This document shows, in pieces, positions 38,127-47,200 of a DNA stretch of 64,000 nt (position 1 is its first letter; every line of letters starts with the position of its first letter). Origin of the DNA: Desulfurococcales archaeon. Lineage in GTDB: Archaea; Thermoproteota; Thermoprotei_A; Sulfolobales; NBVN01. The position numbers and the translations under genes are program-made. Location of the stretch: NCBI GenBank assembly GCA_027002995.1, contig JALWZB010000155.1, forward strand, positions 26,365 through 90,364, given 5' to 3'. The notes beneath the pieces are model-generated. The model worked only from the letters and a program-made list of their open reading frames with translations. It ran no database searches and was not told the origin of the DNA.

Positions 38127-40754
38127 TCACCCCCGAACCTTGCGCATAACGGCTTCATAGAGGCGGAGGAGTAGTTTCTTACGATCCTCCATGAGTACCA
38201 CGTCGCTGTATCCCTGCGCGACTATGTTGTGTGCGAAGGGGGATGGTGCGTCGTAACTCCTGAATATGGTGACCCTTACCTTTCCCTCTTCTATCCACTT
38301 GAGTACCTTCTCAGCGTCACTTACGTTCATATGGTCTTCCATCACCTCCCTGTATGCTTCCTCTAATAATGGGAACCCGGGGATTTTCTCTACAATGCGT
38401 AAGAGAGTCTCGGAGTTAAGTTGCCTTCTATTAATATTGGTTTCCACACCCTTATAGTTTTTCAGTATTGCGAAGGATCTCTCCGCAACGTGTCTGAACC
38501 TTCTCTTAAGTATCTCGCTTCTTCGTAAGGCTTTCCTCAATATTAGTCGTAGGTTAGAGCTCCGCACGCTATTCAATAAGTCCCTCACATCATTTTCAGT
38601 TACGTGCGCGTAGCTCGGAACAGTTAACATAAAGCCATTGTCAGTTACGGTTACCCTTACGCTGGCTTCGACGATTCTACTCAACACCGCGGCATAGGCT
38701 CTAGATAGTGCTGCATTGACCCTCCTTCCAAAGAGGTAGTGGAAAATTACGTCAGTGCCATTTACCTGTGGGTCCTCCCATATCTCGATTGCTAACTCCT
38801 TATTCGTTGGCACTATTCCTCCAGTGTACTTCATCTGTTCCCATACGTAACTCACTATCTGAGCTGCGGCATGTTTCGTTAGCTTATACTGTTTTGAGAT
38901 AATGTTTACTGCTTCCTCGTAACTTAGCTTAGTGATTAGGTCCTTTACGTATCCCCGGAACCTACCTACTTCTAGGGCTGAGTCGAAGGATAGTGGGAGC
39001 ATCTCGGAAAACCAGCTTGGTACTGTGGGTCTCTGATTATCGGCTCGTTTCACTATTATTTTCATTCCCTCCGATCTCACGTACTGGTACGTTCTCCCTC
39101 CAAGCACGAAGATATCTCCGGGCTCCAGGTACTCGACGAATCCCTCATCTAGGTTCCCAACGTACCGGTGGCCATCTAGAAGCACCTTTATTTTGGCTTC
39201 GTCCGGTATCGCGCCTGAGTTCAAGTAGTATATCATCCTAGCCGACTTCTTCCTGCCGAAAACACCCTCGAGTTCGTCCAACCATATCTTAGAGTAGACA
39301 GCAAGCCCTGTGAATGAAGCTTCGTACCTGCCTGCAAGGAACCTTAGTACGCGCATGAACTCATCGAATGTTAAGTTCCTGAAATTAAACGATCTTCTCA
39401 CAACTCGGTAAGCGTCTCTTATGTTCCATTTCTTCTCGAGCGACATGCCCACTATGTGTTGGGCTAGCATGTCGAGAGGTTTCTCAGGGATCCTTATCCT
39501 GTCTAGCTTCCTCTCCATCGCGAGCTTAGCTAGCACCGTGTCTTCTATTAGGTCGTCTCTGTCCACCGCTATCACGTAGCCCTTACTTACGTCGCTTACG
39601 CTATGCCCTGACCTCCCCACGCGTTGAATTAAACGGGTGACGCTTTTGGGACTACTGAGTAGCACGACGGCGTCTATGTAGCCTATGTCAATGCCGAGTT
39701 CAAGGCTCGACGAACAAACTACTGCCTTCAGTTCACCTCGCTTGAGCCTGTCCTCAACCTCAAGCCTGACGTCCCTACTTAATGAACTGTGGTGCGCCTC
39801 TATGTCATCCGCGTTAGCAACGCCCTCACTACTTAGTATTTTCTTTAACTTATAGACTACCCTCTCTGTGGCGCTTCGTGTGTTCGTGAATATTAACGTT
39901 GTTCTGTGATTGCTAATTATCTTCTTGAGTAGGTCGTATATGGCCTCATTTATCTCTGCAGCGGATGCCCTCACAATATCTATTTTGGGACACAGTACCT
40001 TGACCCTTAAGGGTTTCACGAATCTTGCGTCGATAACCGTGCAGTTCCTAGGCTTTCCGTTATCCTCGTAACCCACGAGAAACTGTGCAACGACCTCGAG
40101 GGGCGATATCGTTGCGCTTAGGCCTATTCTCTGTATCCTCCTCCCAACTAGTTCCTCGAGCCTCTCAAGGCTTAGGCTTAAGTGAGCGCCTCTCTTACTG
40201 GACGCTAGCTCATGGATCTCATCTACTATTACCCACCTAACGCTCCTGAGCCTCTCTCTGAACTTGGGAGCTGTTATTATTATTGCTAGTGATTCAGGCG
40301 TAGTTATGAGTACGTGGGGAGGGTGACGCAACATCCTTTGCCGTTCTGAGGGCGTGGTGTCGCTTGTCCTGACACCCACACTTATTTCAGGTAACTCTAT
40401 CCCTAGTTCCTTTGCCTTCTCCCGGATCCCTAGTATCGGTGGTATTAGGTTCTTCCTCATATCATTGTTCAGCGCTCTCAAAGGGGAGACATAGAGAACG
40501 TATACTTTCTCCTCGAGCTTACCCTGCTCACCCAGCCTGTACAACTCATCGATTAGCGCGAGAAAAGCAGCGAGCGTTTTCCCCGTACCTGTAGGTGATG
40601 ATATTAGTACATTCTCACCCCTCTTGATTCTAGGTATGGCCATTAGCTGCGCTGGTGTGAACTTACCGTACTTCTCCCTAAACCATTCAAGGGTGTACCT
40701 AGCTAGGTACTTCTCCATCCTAACACTTCCAGCTCTCCGAATTACTCGTAGCAT
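38127..40754 (-). CDS. lhr: Lhr-family ATP-dependent helicase
   Basis: SPTGTGKT, YVSPLRALNND, TTPESL, DEIH, LSAT, SSLELGID, QRVGRSGH, D.LAQH. Confidence 0.93.
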   Translation of the reverse strand: MLRVIRRAGSVRMEKYLARYTLEWFREKYGKFTPAQLMAIPRIKRGENVLISSPTGTGKTLAAFLALIDELYRLGEQGKLEEKVYVLYVSPLRALNNDMRKNLIPPILGIREKAKELGIELPEISVGVRTSDTTPSERQRMLRHPPHVLITTPESLAIIITAPKFRERLRSVRWVIVDEIHELASSKRGAHLSLSLERLEELVGRRIQRIGLSATISPLEVVAQFLVGYEDNGKPRNCTVIDARFVKPLRVKVLCPKIDIVRASAAEINEAIYDLLKKIISNHRTTLIFTNTRSATERVVYKLKKILSSEGVANADDIEAHHSSLSRDVRLEVEDRLKRGELKAVVCSSSLELGIDIGYIDAVVLLSSPKSVTRLIQRVGRSGHSVSDVSKGYVIAVDRDDLIEDTVLAKLAMERKLDRIRIPEKPLDMLAQHIVGMSLEKKWNIRDAYRVVRRSFNFRNLTFDEFMRVLRFLAGRYEASFTGLAVYSKIWLDELEGVFGRKKSARMIYYLNSGAIPDEAKIKVLLDGHRYVGNLDEGFVEYLEPGDIFVLGGRTYQYVRSEGMKIIVKRADNQRPTVPSWFSEMLPLSFDSALEVGRFRGYVKDLITKLSYEEAVNIISKQYKLTKHAAAQIVSYVWEQMKYTGGIVPTNKELAIEIWEDPQVNGTDVIFHYLFGRRVNAALSRAYAAVLSRIVEASVRVTVTDNGFMLTVPSYAHVTENDVRDLLNSVRSSNLRLILRKALRRSEILKRRFRHVAERSFAILKNYKGVETNINRRQLNSETLLRIVEKIPGFPLLEEAYREVMEDHMNVSDAEKVLKWIEEGKVRVTIFRSYDAPSPFAHNIVAQGYSDVVLMEDRKKLLLRLYEAVMRKVRG

Positions 40755-40899
40755 CCACCATCACCTCGCTGGCGATTAACTCAATGCTGTTTAGGCCCGG
40801 GGCTCCAGAGCTACGTATGTCTTTACTCCTGAACTTATCTTCGTTTCCTAAACGTAACCCTATATAGGGCAAGAACTATCTATACGTAGGGTTTCATCA

Positions 40900-41466
40900 T
40901 TGAAGGTCGAGGCAATAGTGGTGCTGACGGTGTTTGTACTCGCTATACTTTACGGTGCTTTACTACCACCTGATTACAAATCGAGCGTAACCTCCTCCAC
41001 GAAAGAGGTGCTGGCACCTGTATCTGATTTCGTTAAGAAGAACCCCATTAAGACATTCCTTTCGTTGCCGTTCATTATATTTTATAATAACTTGAGGGTA
41101 GCAATAGTTAATCTATTACTCGGTGTTACTCTACTAGCCCCCTTGGGGATAGCTTGGTTTAATGGATTCATAGTAGGGTCCATAGCAACTTATGGTGATG
41201 TCACTAGGAATATTATATTGCTACTACCACACGGCATAATTGAGCTAACGGCAATACTGTATTCAGCTGCTCTAGGTTTGAAAGTAGGTGTTGAGTTCAT
41301 AAAGAAGGTTCTACTTAAGAGAGGTGCGCCCCTTAAGGCATTTAAGTATGCCCTAAGTAAATTCAGAATAATATTCATCCTCCTGTTGATCGCGGCAATT
41401 GTGGAATCATACATTACCCCATTAATATATTTTCTATACGCTTTAATCACGGGTAGCAAGATATGA
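40900..41466 (+). CDS. SpoIIM-like integral membrane protein
   Basis: IFYNN, FNGFIVG, LLPHGIIEL, IAAIVESYITP. Confidence 0.88.
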   Translation: MKVEAIVVLTVFVLAILYGALLPPDYKSSVTSSTKEVLAPVSDFVKKNPIKTFLSLPFIIFYNNLRVAIVNLLLGVTLLAPLGIAWFNGFIVGSIATYGDVTRNIILLLPHGIIELTAILYSAALGLKVGVEFIKKVLLKRGAPLKAFKYALSKFRIIFILLLIAAIVESYITPLIYFLYALITGSKI

Positions 41467-41564
41467 GTAGTGAGCTATGCAGAAGGGCAACACAAGCATT
41501 CATTGACGCGCTACTCTGCTACCTACGGTCAAATGCCTTACGCACCCTTAAGATAGCGTTCTCC
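41463..41564 (+). pseudogene. 5' part of a hypothetical gene interrupted by the IS element
   Basis: ATG overlaps the upstream stop (ATGA); MSSELCRRATQAFIDALLCYLRSNALRTLKIAFS joins in frame to 42890 via a shared CC. Confidence 0.7.
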
Positions 41565-41712
41565 GTCTACCGTTATTTCTAGTTATTTTTTGAATATTTT
41601 TAATACGGTAGGCGGGTCATCACGCTTCCGCTCGGAGCCCCTCACCGCAGTAGCTCACCCCTAGTTACCTAGGGGCTCACAGCTCTACGGCTCCTGGAAC
41701 TCCGAGGTCACT
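41563..41712 (-). ncRNA. Predicted omega-type guide-scaffold RNA of the TnpB element
   Basis: Nested stems that extend only on the minus strand via G-U pairs, GUAA tetraloop, kink-turn, terminal CUACCGU/ACGGUAG hairpin ending next to the element boundary. Confidence 0.7.
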
Positions 41713-41734
41713 GATAAATTTATGGCATTCTAAG

Positions 41735-41741
41735 TTTATAA
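41735..41741. promoter_or_regulatory. Putative bidirectional TATA box (TTTATAA)
   Basis: About 27 nt before the tnpB TTG on + and about 25-30 nt before the structured RNA on -. Confidence 0.5.
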
Positions 41742-41761
41742 GTGTTTATGGGGCTATAGCC

Positions 41762-42862
41762 TTGCAAAAACGACCATTATACACTGTTAAACTAACATTT
41801 AATGATAGTGGGGAGAAAGCTAAGAAGATATTGTCTACTGCATGGTTGTTTAAGATAGCTTGTCATAGGGTTCTAGGTAGGTCTAAGGATTTGAGGGACA
41901 TGCTTGTTCCTTCAAAGATTGCTTGGCTAAAGATGTTCAAGGACTATGCATATAGTATCATACCTAATAAGAGGTACTCCTATGGTGTTGTCTACCTAGT
42001 CTATGGAATATGGGAATCTGCTAAGAGACTAAAGATAGACTATAATAATGTAGAACTTAGCGACTGGTTGCTCTTTCAACATTATGATAGGGAGGTTAAT
42101 GGTAATGTGATAAGGGTTTATGAGGATGGTTCTGCACTAGTAACCACTTATGGCTATGATGGTTCAAAGGATAGGATACTCGTAAAGGCGAAACCTCATA
42201 GAGGTTATAAAGAGTTGCTTGGGAGGATTGTTGAGTCTAAGGAGAAGTACATGCCTAGAGTAGTGGTTAGGGACTATGGTGTAAGGAGTGGCAAACTCTA
42301 CGTTAGGGGAGAAATACACGTCTCTATATCATACGACTTCTACCTAAGATGTGCTAAGAGATATGGTGAACCCAAGGGCAACTTGATTGGCGGTGTAGAC
42401 GTTAATACCGACAGGATTAACCTAGCAATAATAGACGAAAACGGCAGGTTAAGGGATAGGAAAACATTCTGGTTCCCCGAAGTAACAGCTAGAGGGTACC
42501 CAAGGAATAAAGCCTGGGGCATCATAGGTATGAAAATACATGAAATGCTCAGGTACGCCTACTATCATGGAGTATCAACTTTAGCTTTAGAGAGCCCCGA
42601 GATTATGGGCAGGTTAAGGCTCTTCTGGATTAAAAATGGTAGAAGACTACATAAAGACTATAACTGGAAGGTAAGCATCTTCCGTAGCAGAATCATAGAG
42701 AAGGTAAACATGAAAGCACCTATCTATGGGCTACGCGTAAAGTACGTAGACCCAAGAGGGACAACTCGCTCCAGAGAACATAATGAAACAATGCAAAGAT
42801 ATGGATTAGACAAACATACAGTATCTGCTTACCTAATAGCATTAAAAAGTATTCAAAAGTGA
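41762..42862 (+). CDS. tnpB: TnpB-like RuvC nuclease (no zinc finger)
   Basis: RuvC-I GVDVN, RuvC-II ALES, V.YVDPRGTT, RuvC-III GLDKHTVSAYLIA; D-E-D triad intact. Confidence 0.85.
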   Translation: MQKRPLYTVKLTFNDSGEKAKKILSTAWLFKIACHRVLGRSKDLRDMLVPSKIAWLKMFKDYAYSIIPNKRYSYGVVYLVYGIWESAKRLKIDYNNVELSDWLLFQHYDREVNGNVIRVYEDGSALVTTYGYDGSKDRILVKAKPHRGYKELLGRIVESKEKYMPRVVVRDYGVRSGKLYVRGEIHVSISYDFYLRCAKRYGEPKGNLIGGVDVNTDRINLAIIDENGRLRDRKTFWFPEVTARGYPRNKAWGIIGMKIHEMLRYAYYHGVSTLALESPEIMGRLRLFWIKNGRRLHKDYNWKVSIFRSRIIEKVNMKAPIYGLRVKYVDPRGTTRSREHNETMQRYGLDKHTVSAYLIALKSIQK

Positions 42863-42889
42863 TTAAAAGTATCTTAAAGTATCAATACC
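42841..42889 (+). repeat. Helically phased 10-bp repeats at the element end
   Basis: ATTAAAAAGT/ATTCAAAAGT/GATTAAAAGT/ATCTTAAAGT, then ATCAATACC. Confidence 0.75.
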
Positions 42890-43168
42890 TTAGAAACAAC
42901 CTCACTAACGGGCCAGAACGAAGTGAAGGTCTCGCTGAGGGCGTTCATGCGTTGCCATGACACGTCCTCAGGATTTGCTAGGATTGAGGAGGTGGTGAAC
43001 ACCTTGACTAGGTGTAGTGAGGGTTCCTGGATTCAAAGGCTTGGGTGGGGTTACATCTTCGAGGGGGAGGAGCTGTACTTCATAATCCCCCTAGAAAGCC
43101 TTAAGAAACTAACTGAGGCTGAGGAAAAAGAGCTTGCATCCGCCCTGCTGAGAGATCTGGGTTTCTGA
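42890..43168 (+). pseudogene. 3' part of the IS-interrupted hypothetical gene
   Basis: LETTSLTGQNEVKVSLRAF...LLRDLGF*; contains listed ORF 42923-43168 and is in frame with 41463-41564. Confidence 0.7.
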
Positions 43169-43227
43169 CTAACGTGTAAGGAATTACTTTAAGTAAGCTA
43201 AGAGCAAAGAAAATGAATGAGTTAAAG

Positions 43228-43284
43228 CTGTTGATGAGAGTCATGCCCCCTGATCGGTGATGAGCATTAGGGGTAGCTGAAGGA
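43228..43284 (+). ncRNA. C/D box methylation-guide sRNA
   Basis: C TTGATGA 43231-37, guide GAGTCATGCCCC, D' CTGA 43250-53, C' GTGATGA 43257-63, guide GCATTAGGGGTAG, D CTGA 43277-80. Confidence 0.9.
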
Positions 43285-43457
43285 GCTCCATTACCCTAAC
43301 CTACTTCAATCCTCGGAAGCCCGGACCTTTATGAAACCCCCTAAGTCCTTGGGTAGTCCTTGCATGTAATGAGAGGAATGTTAGAAGGCTTGGTAAAAAT
43401 CAAAACATTAATAGGTAAAGCATCAGGAGGGAAGCCCTACTCTAAGTAGAGGATGCC

Positions 43458-44030
43458 TTACCTTAACTTCTTTCTAGCATCCCTCTTTATTGTTGGGATC
43501 GTTGTTACTATGGCGTAAACCCCTGCTTCCAGCAGTGTCGTGCAGATCGCCACATCGTTAACTAGTCGAGCAATAATGTTGATCTTACGTGCCTTAGACT
43601 CACTCAGTATTCTCCCCCTTACTAGGGTTGGGGGCATGACAATGAATTTCGCCCCTGCTCGTTGATAAGGGCTTAAGGTGGATGCCGGATGGTTAAGCAT
43701 TAGCCCTACCTTCACGGTGTTTGGTAGTTTAGGCTTACTGAGTAACATATCTTGCATATCGTTAAACGCTAATAATATCTCGGTGTTCCCCATCTCCACT
43801 AGCTTTACAACCCCGTTGATCTCCTCATCATACCTCTTAATACCAAGAATTAACATTACGCGGAGTTCCTTAAGGTGCTCAGGGCTTAGGGAAGCCCCTA
43901 ACTCTGACAGGTTTACTTCATTTAAGTTAACGGCAATACCATCCAAGTACCGCTTATTTAGTCTGAATTCCTTTAAGCCCTCCTCGATATTAGTTACTTC
44001 AAGAAGCACTAAACCTGAGTTATTACTCAT
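43458..44030 (-). CDS. Glycerophosphodiester-phosphodiesterase-like partial TIM barrel
   Basis: C-terminus INIIARLVND...LLEAGVYAIVTTIP resembles GDPD V..WTVND...L...GVDGIITD.P; catalytic His region not seen. Confidence 0.5.
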   Translation of the reverse strand: MSNNSGLVLLEVTNIEEGLKEFRLNKRYLDGIAVNLNEVNLSELGASLSPEHLKELRVMLILGIKRYDEEINGVVKLVEMGNTEILLAFNDMQDMLLSKPKLPNTVKVGLMLNHPASTLSPYQRAGAKFIVMPPTLVRGRILSESKARKINIIARLVNDVAICTTLLEAGVYAIVTTIPTIKRDARKKLR

Positions 44031-44283
44031 TACTTATCACCAACTTATTCAAGGTCTTAAAAGATATTAAGGTATCCGAAGGTGCTACTTGAGTTAGCTA
44101 GAACCAATAACCAAAGGGAAATAAGTCCTTGCTAAGCTCTTACCGTTATGTTGAACCTAATGATTCTTTGCTAAGCCAATTGCATAATGAAGCGTTAGTA
44201 ATTCTCATTATTCAGTACTTTGAGCTAGGGTTGGAAAGAATGTTTCGGGATTAAAAACTGTGGATTTTAACCTAGCCTTTTAT

Positions 44284-47200
44284 TTAATCACCTGAGGGTG
44301 CCGTATAATACAGGTTACCTGTTATCATCCAGTCTTGAAGTACGTATTGGTCTGTTAATGTGTAATAGCTGTTGAAGTACTTGTAATATACTGGGATCTC
44401 TGGGAACGATGCAATGTACAGTACTATTAAGTCGACCCTTGGCTTCTCAAAGCTTAGGTAGCAGTTCAGGCCACCCCACTTAAGCGTGTACCTATAGAAT
44501 ATTGATGGTCTACTATACCCTGATGGCGTGATTTGCAAGGTGCTGTAGTTGCAGAGGCTTTGCGATGTGAACATCGGTAATGCTGCCTGACCAAAGACGA
44601 AGTCTATAGAGCTCGCTCTGTAGGGCAGTCTAACATACGTTGTCAACTGCCCGCTTGTTGACATGACTGCATTGGGTAACATCTTGTAACCTGGTAGTGC
44701 CCTTACCCAGACTCTGAAGCCCTCGAAATAGTATGACCCACCGTAAAGTACTGTCCTAACTATTATTGTGTATACTCCTAGGTTTGGCTTGGTGGTTGGG
44801 TACTCGCCGTCACGGTATGTTGTTAGTGGGAAAGTTATTACTGACCTAGTGTTGGGTGACTTATACCTTCCTGTATCCATCCATAAGAACCTTCCACTAC
44901 CTAAGTAGTAATGGTAGGAGGCACCCGTTCCGTAGTAGACACCTGCGAATTGCCCATCAGGTCCCAGCGTGTATGTTATTAGTGATGTGTAGCTGTTGAA
45001 CCAGCTTACCTGGAGCTGGAGCAACCATACCTTAGAGTCTGGGATGTTAACGTAAAACACTCTCCAGTCACCGGATTCATACCTCCAGTCCCATGCAGTG
45101 TCTCCTTTCAGGAAGCTCCATGAGTATGGATATGATGCTGCTCCTGGCCCTGTATTCACTATGCGTGACCATCCGGCTCTTAGTGTAGTGTATATTGTGT
45201 AGCTTAATGGCACGTAGTAAGTCATCGTTGTCCCGTCCGCGAACCTAACATTTAATCTTACGTAGTCCTGATACGCTGTTGGCGCCGCATATACTGGCGG
45301 CCTTATAATACCTTTGATCGTCACTGTACTGCCTGCCCTAACAAAGAACTTACCGCCTGGATACCTGCTCAGTAACCTTACCCAGTTGTCTGCTTTGAAC
45401 CCATAGTAGGTTATCCCGACCTTAACTACTTGATTGCGTAACGCTGTCTTGGCAGGGGTTGGATCGTCTCCACGCTCTAACCATATCCTAAGTAATAACT
45501 TGGCATTAGGACCGTACTCCTCAAGTAGCTGTAACGGTAACTTAACCTGCACTAGGTTGTGGTTTGACAGAGAGTAACCGAAGTTTATCACCACTCTTTC
45601 ATCAACATCTGGTACACCGTTTCCGTTGAAGTCATCAATCCATACGTAGGCTATTATAGATACGTAGTAATCAGCGTAGTAGTCATTATCACCGTCGAAT
45701 ATCGAGTATGGTAGTACCACATCTGCTGTTAGGTACTCCGTTCCCTTAGGTATCTTTGATTGAGATATCACTATGTATTCGTATGTGCCGAAACTATCCT
45801 CAGGTATGGTGAATCTTAGGTAGTAATTTACTGGCCCAGCAATTTTTGCGGGCCTAACGACGCTTGCCTGTATAACTGCTAGGGAGTTCGTTGGGTTCTC
45901 TACCGTGAATGTGAAGTACCTTAGACCCCCCTGCGGTATGTCTGGCTCGTATATGCTGTAAGCCTTACCCTGAGCATATGAGGATAGTAGGTCGTACGGC
46001 GACATGGACGGCAGTGTGAAGCCGTACCAGTAGTACAGGTTTAAATCACAGTAGTCTGCCCACATCCATTCCCATATCCTAGCCATTTTAGCGGCAGTGT
46101 ACTTGTAGAATGCGTCGCTGAAGATCCTTAAGCCCTTGTAGGTATTGGCGCTTGAATTGGCTATTTCTAATGCTAGCTGAACAGCAGCTAAAGCATTCAC
46201 ACGGCCAGCACCCTCGTCAAATGGTGGGTAGTGTAGGTTTACGGCGGTATTCATTATTATTTGCTTAACGAGCCAAGGCGGTATATTCGTCATTCCCTGG
46301 GATTTTAGGGCCTGATATACTAGTGCCGCGACGCCGGCTGTTAAGGGGGTCGCGTAGCTGGTTCCTCCGAATATTGTGTAGTTACCCGCACTTAACCATA
46401 CCGGGGCTGCGGTTAATCCCCACGCACCAACGTTAACTACGTCCGGCTTGATGTATCCTGCCGGTGTTGGGCCTCTGGCAGACCAGGATACTATGTCGTC
46501 ATAGGTGTATCCTCCGAAGCCATAGAAGTAGTAGTATATGTGTGTCGAGGTTGATGCGCCTACGGTCAATACTCCTCCAGCTGCCCCTGGCGACGTGATC
46601 GTGCCATAGCCTGCGCCGCCGTTACCAGCTGCATGGACTATCAATACTCCTGGGTAGTTCGGGTCCAGGAACCCTGGGGTGGTTATTGCGTCCTCAAATA
46701 GGGATTCGAAGTCATAGCCGAATCCTGATATGTCGTATACAAAGGTGCTTATGCCCCAGCTATTGCTTATTAGGTCTACCCTCGGCGTGCCAGTATATAC
46801 TGGCGTGTACCCACTTATGTTGAATCCGGCTGCCCAGAGCATACCTACCTCTACGTCACCGAACCATAGCCCCTTTATACCTACTATCTTAGCTCCGGGT
46901 GCTATGCCTTCAGGGAAGCCCCTGCTCGCTATGGCCGCTGCACAGGATGTTCCGTGCCCGTAGAAGTCGTAGAATATGCTTAGGTATTTGCCCTGAAGGT
47001 TCCAGCCAGCATATATCTGTCCTGGGTAGTTGAAGTTCCAGTAGGCATCGAAGAAGAAGCCGCCTGCTACTCCGAAGCTCGCGTAGGGCCATGTGCTTCC
47101 GGGTTTGTATGCGGCCAGTATCCTGTTGCCGTCATATGTGACCTTAATGTCTTCTGGGTCGTTAAATATGCTGTTATTGTTAGCGTCTACGTATAGCGTC

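Larger units (their letters stand above)
41563..42889. mobile_element. Non-autonomous tnpB-only IS607-like element
   Basis: CC at both junctions (41563-64, 42888-89), no longer target duplication, 10-bp-phased AT-rich repeats at both ends, tnpB cargo; removal restores a host ORF. Confidence 0.75.

Noticed and set aside
41568..41571. TACC as a 4-bp target-site duplication
   Set aside because: That junction leaves the host ORF out of frame and cuts the terminal RNA hairpin; CC at 41563-64 fits better
42841..42889. CRISPR array next to the RuvC nuclease (Cas12f-like system)
   Set aside because: Repeats are 10-bp tandem units without spacers; no repeat-spacer array seen anywhere in the window
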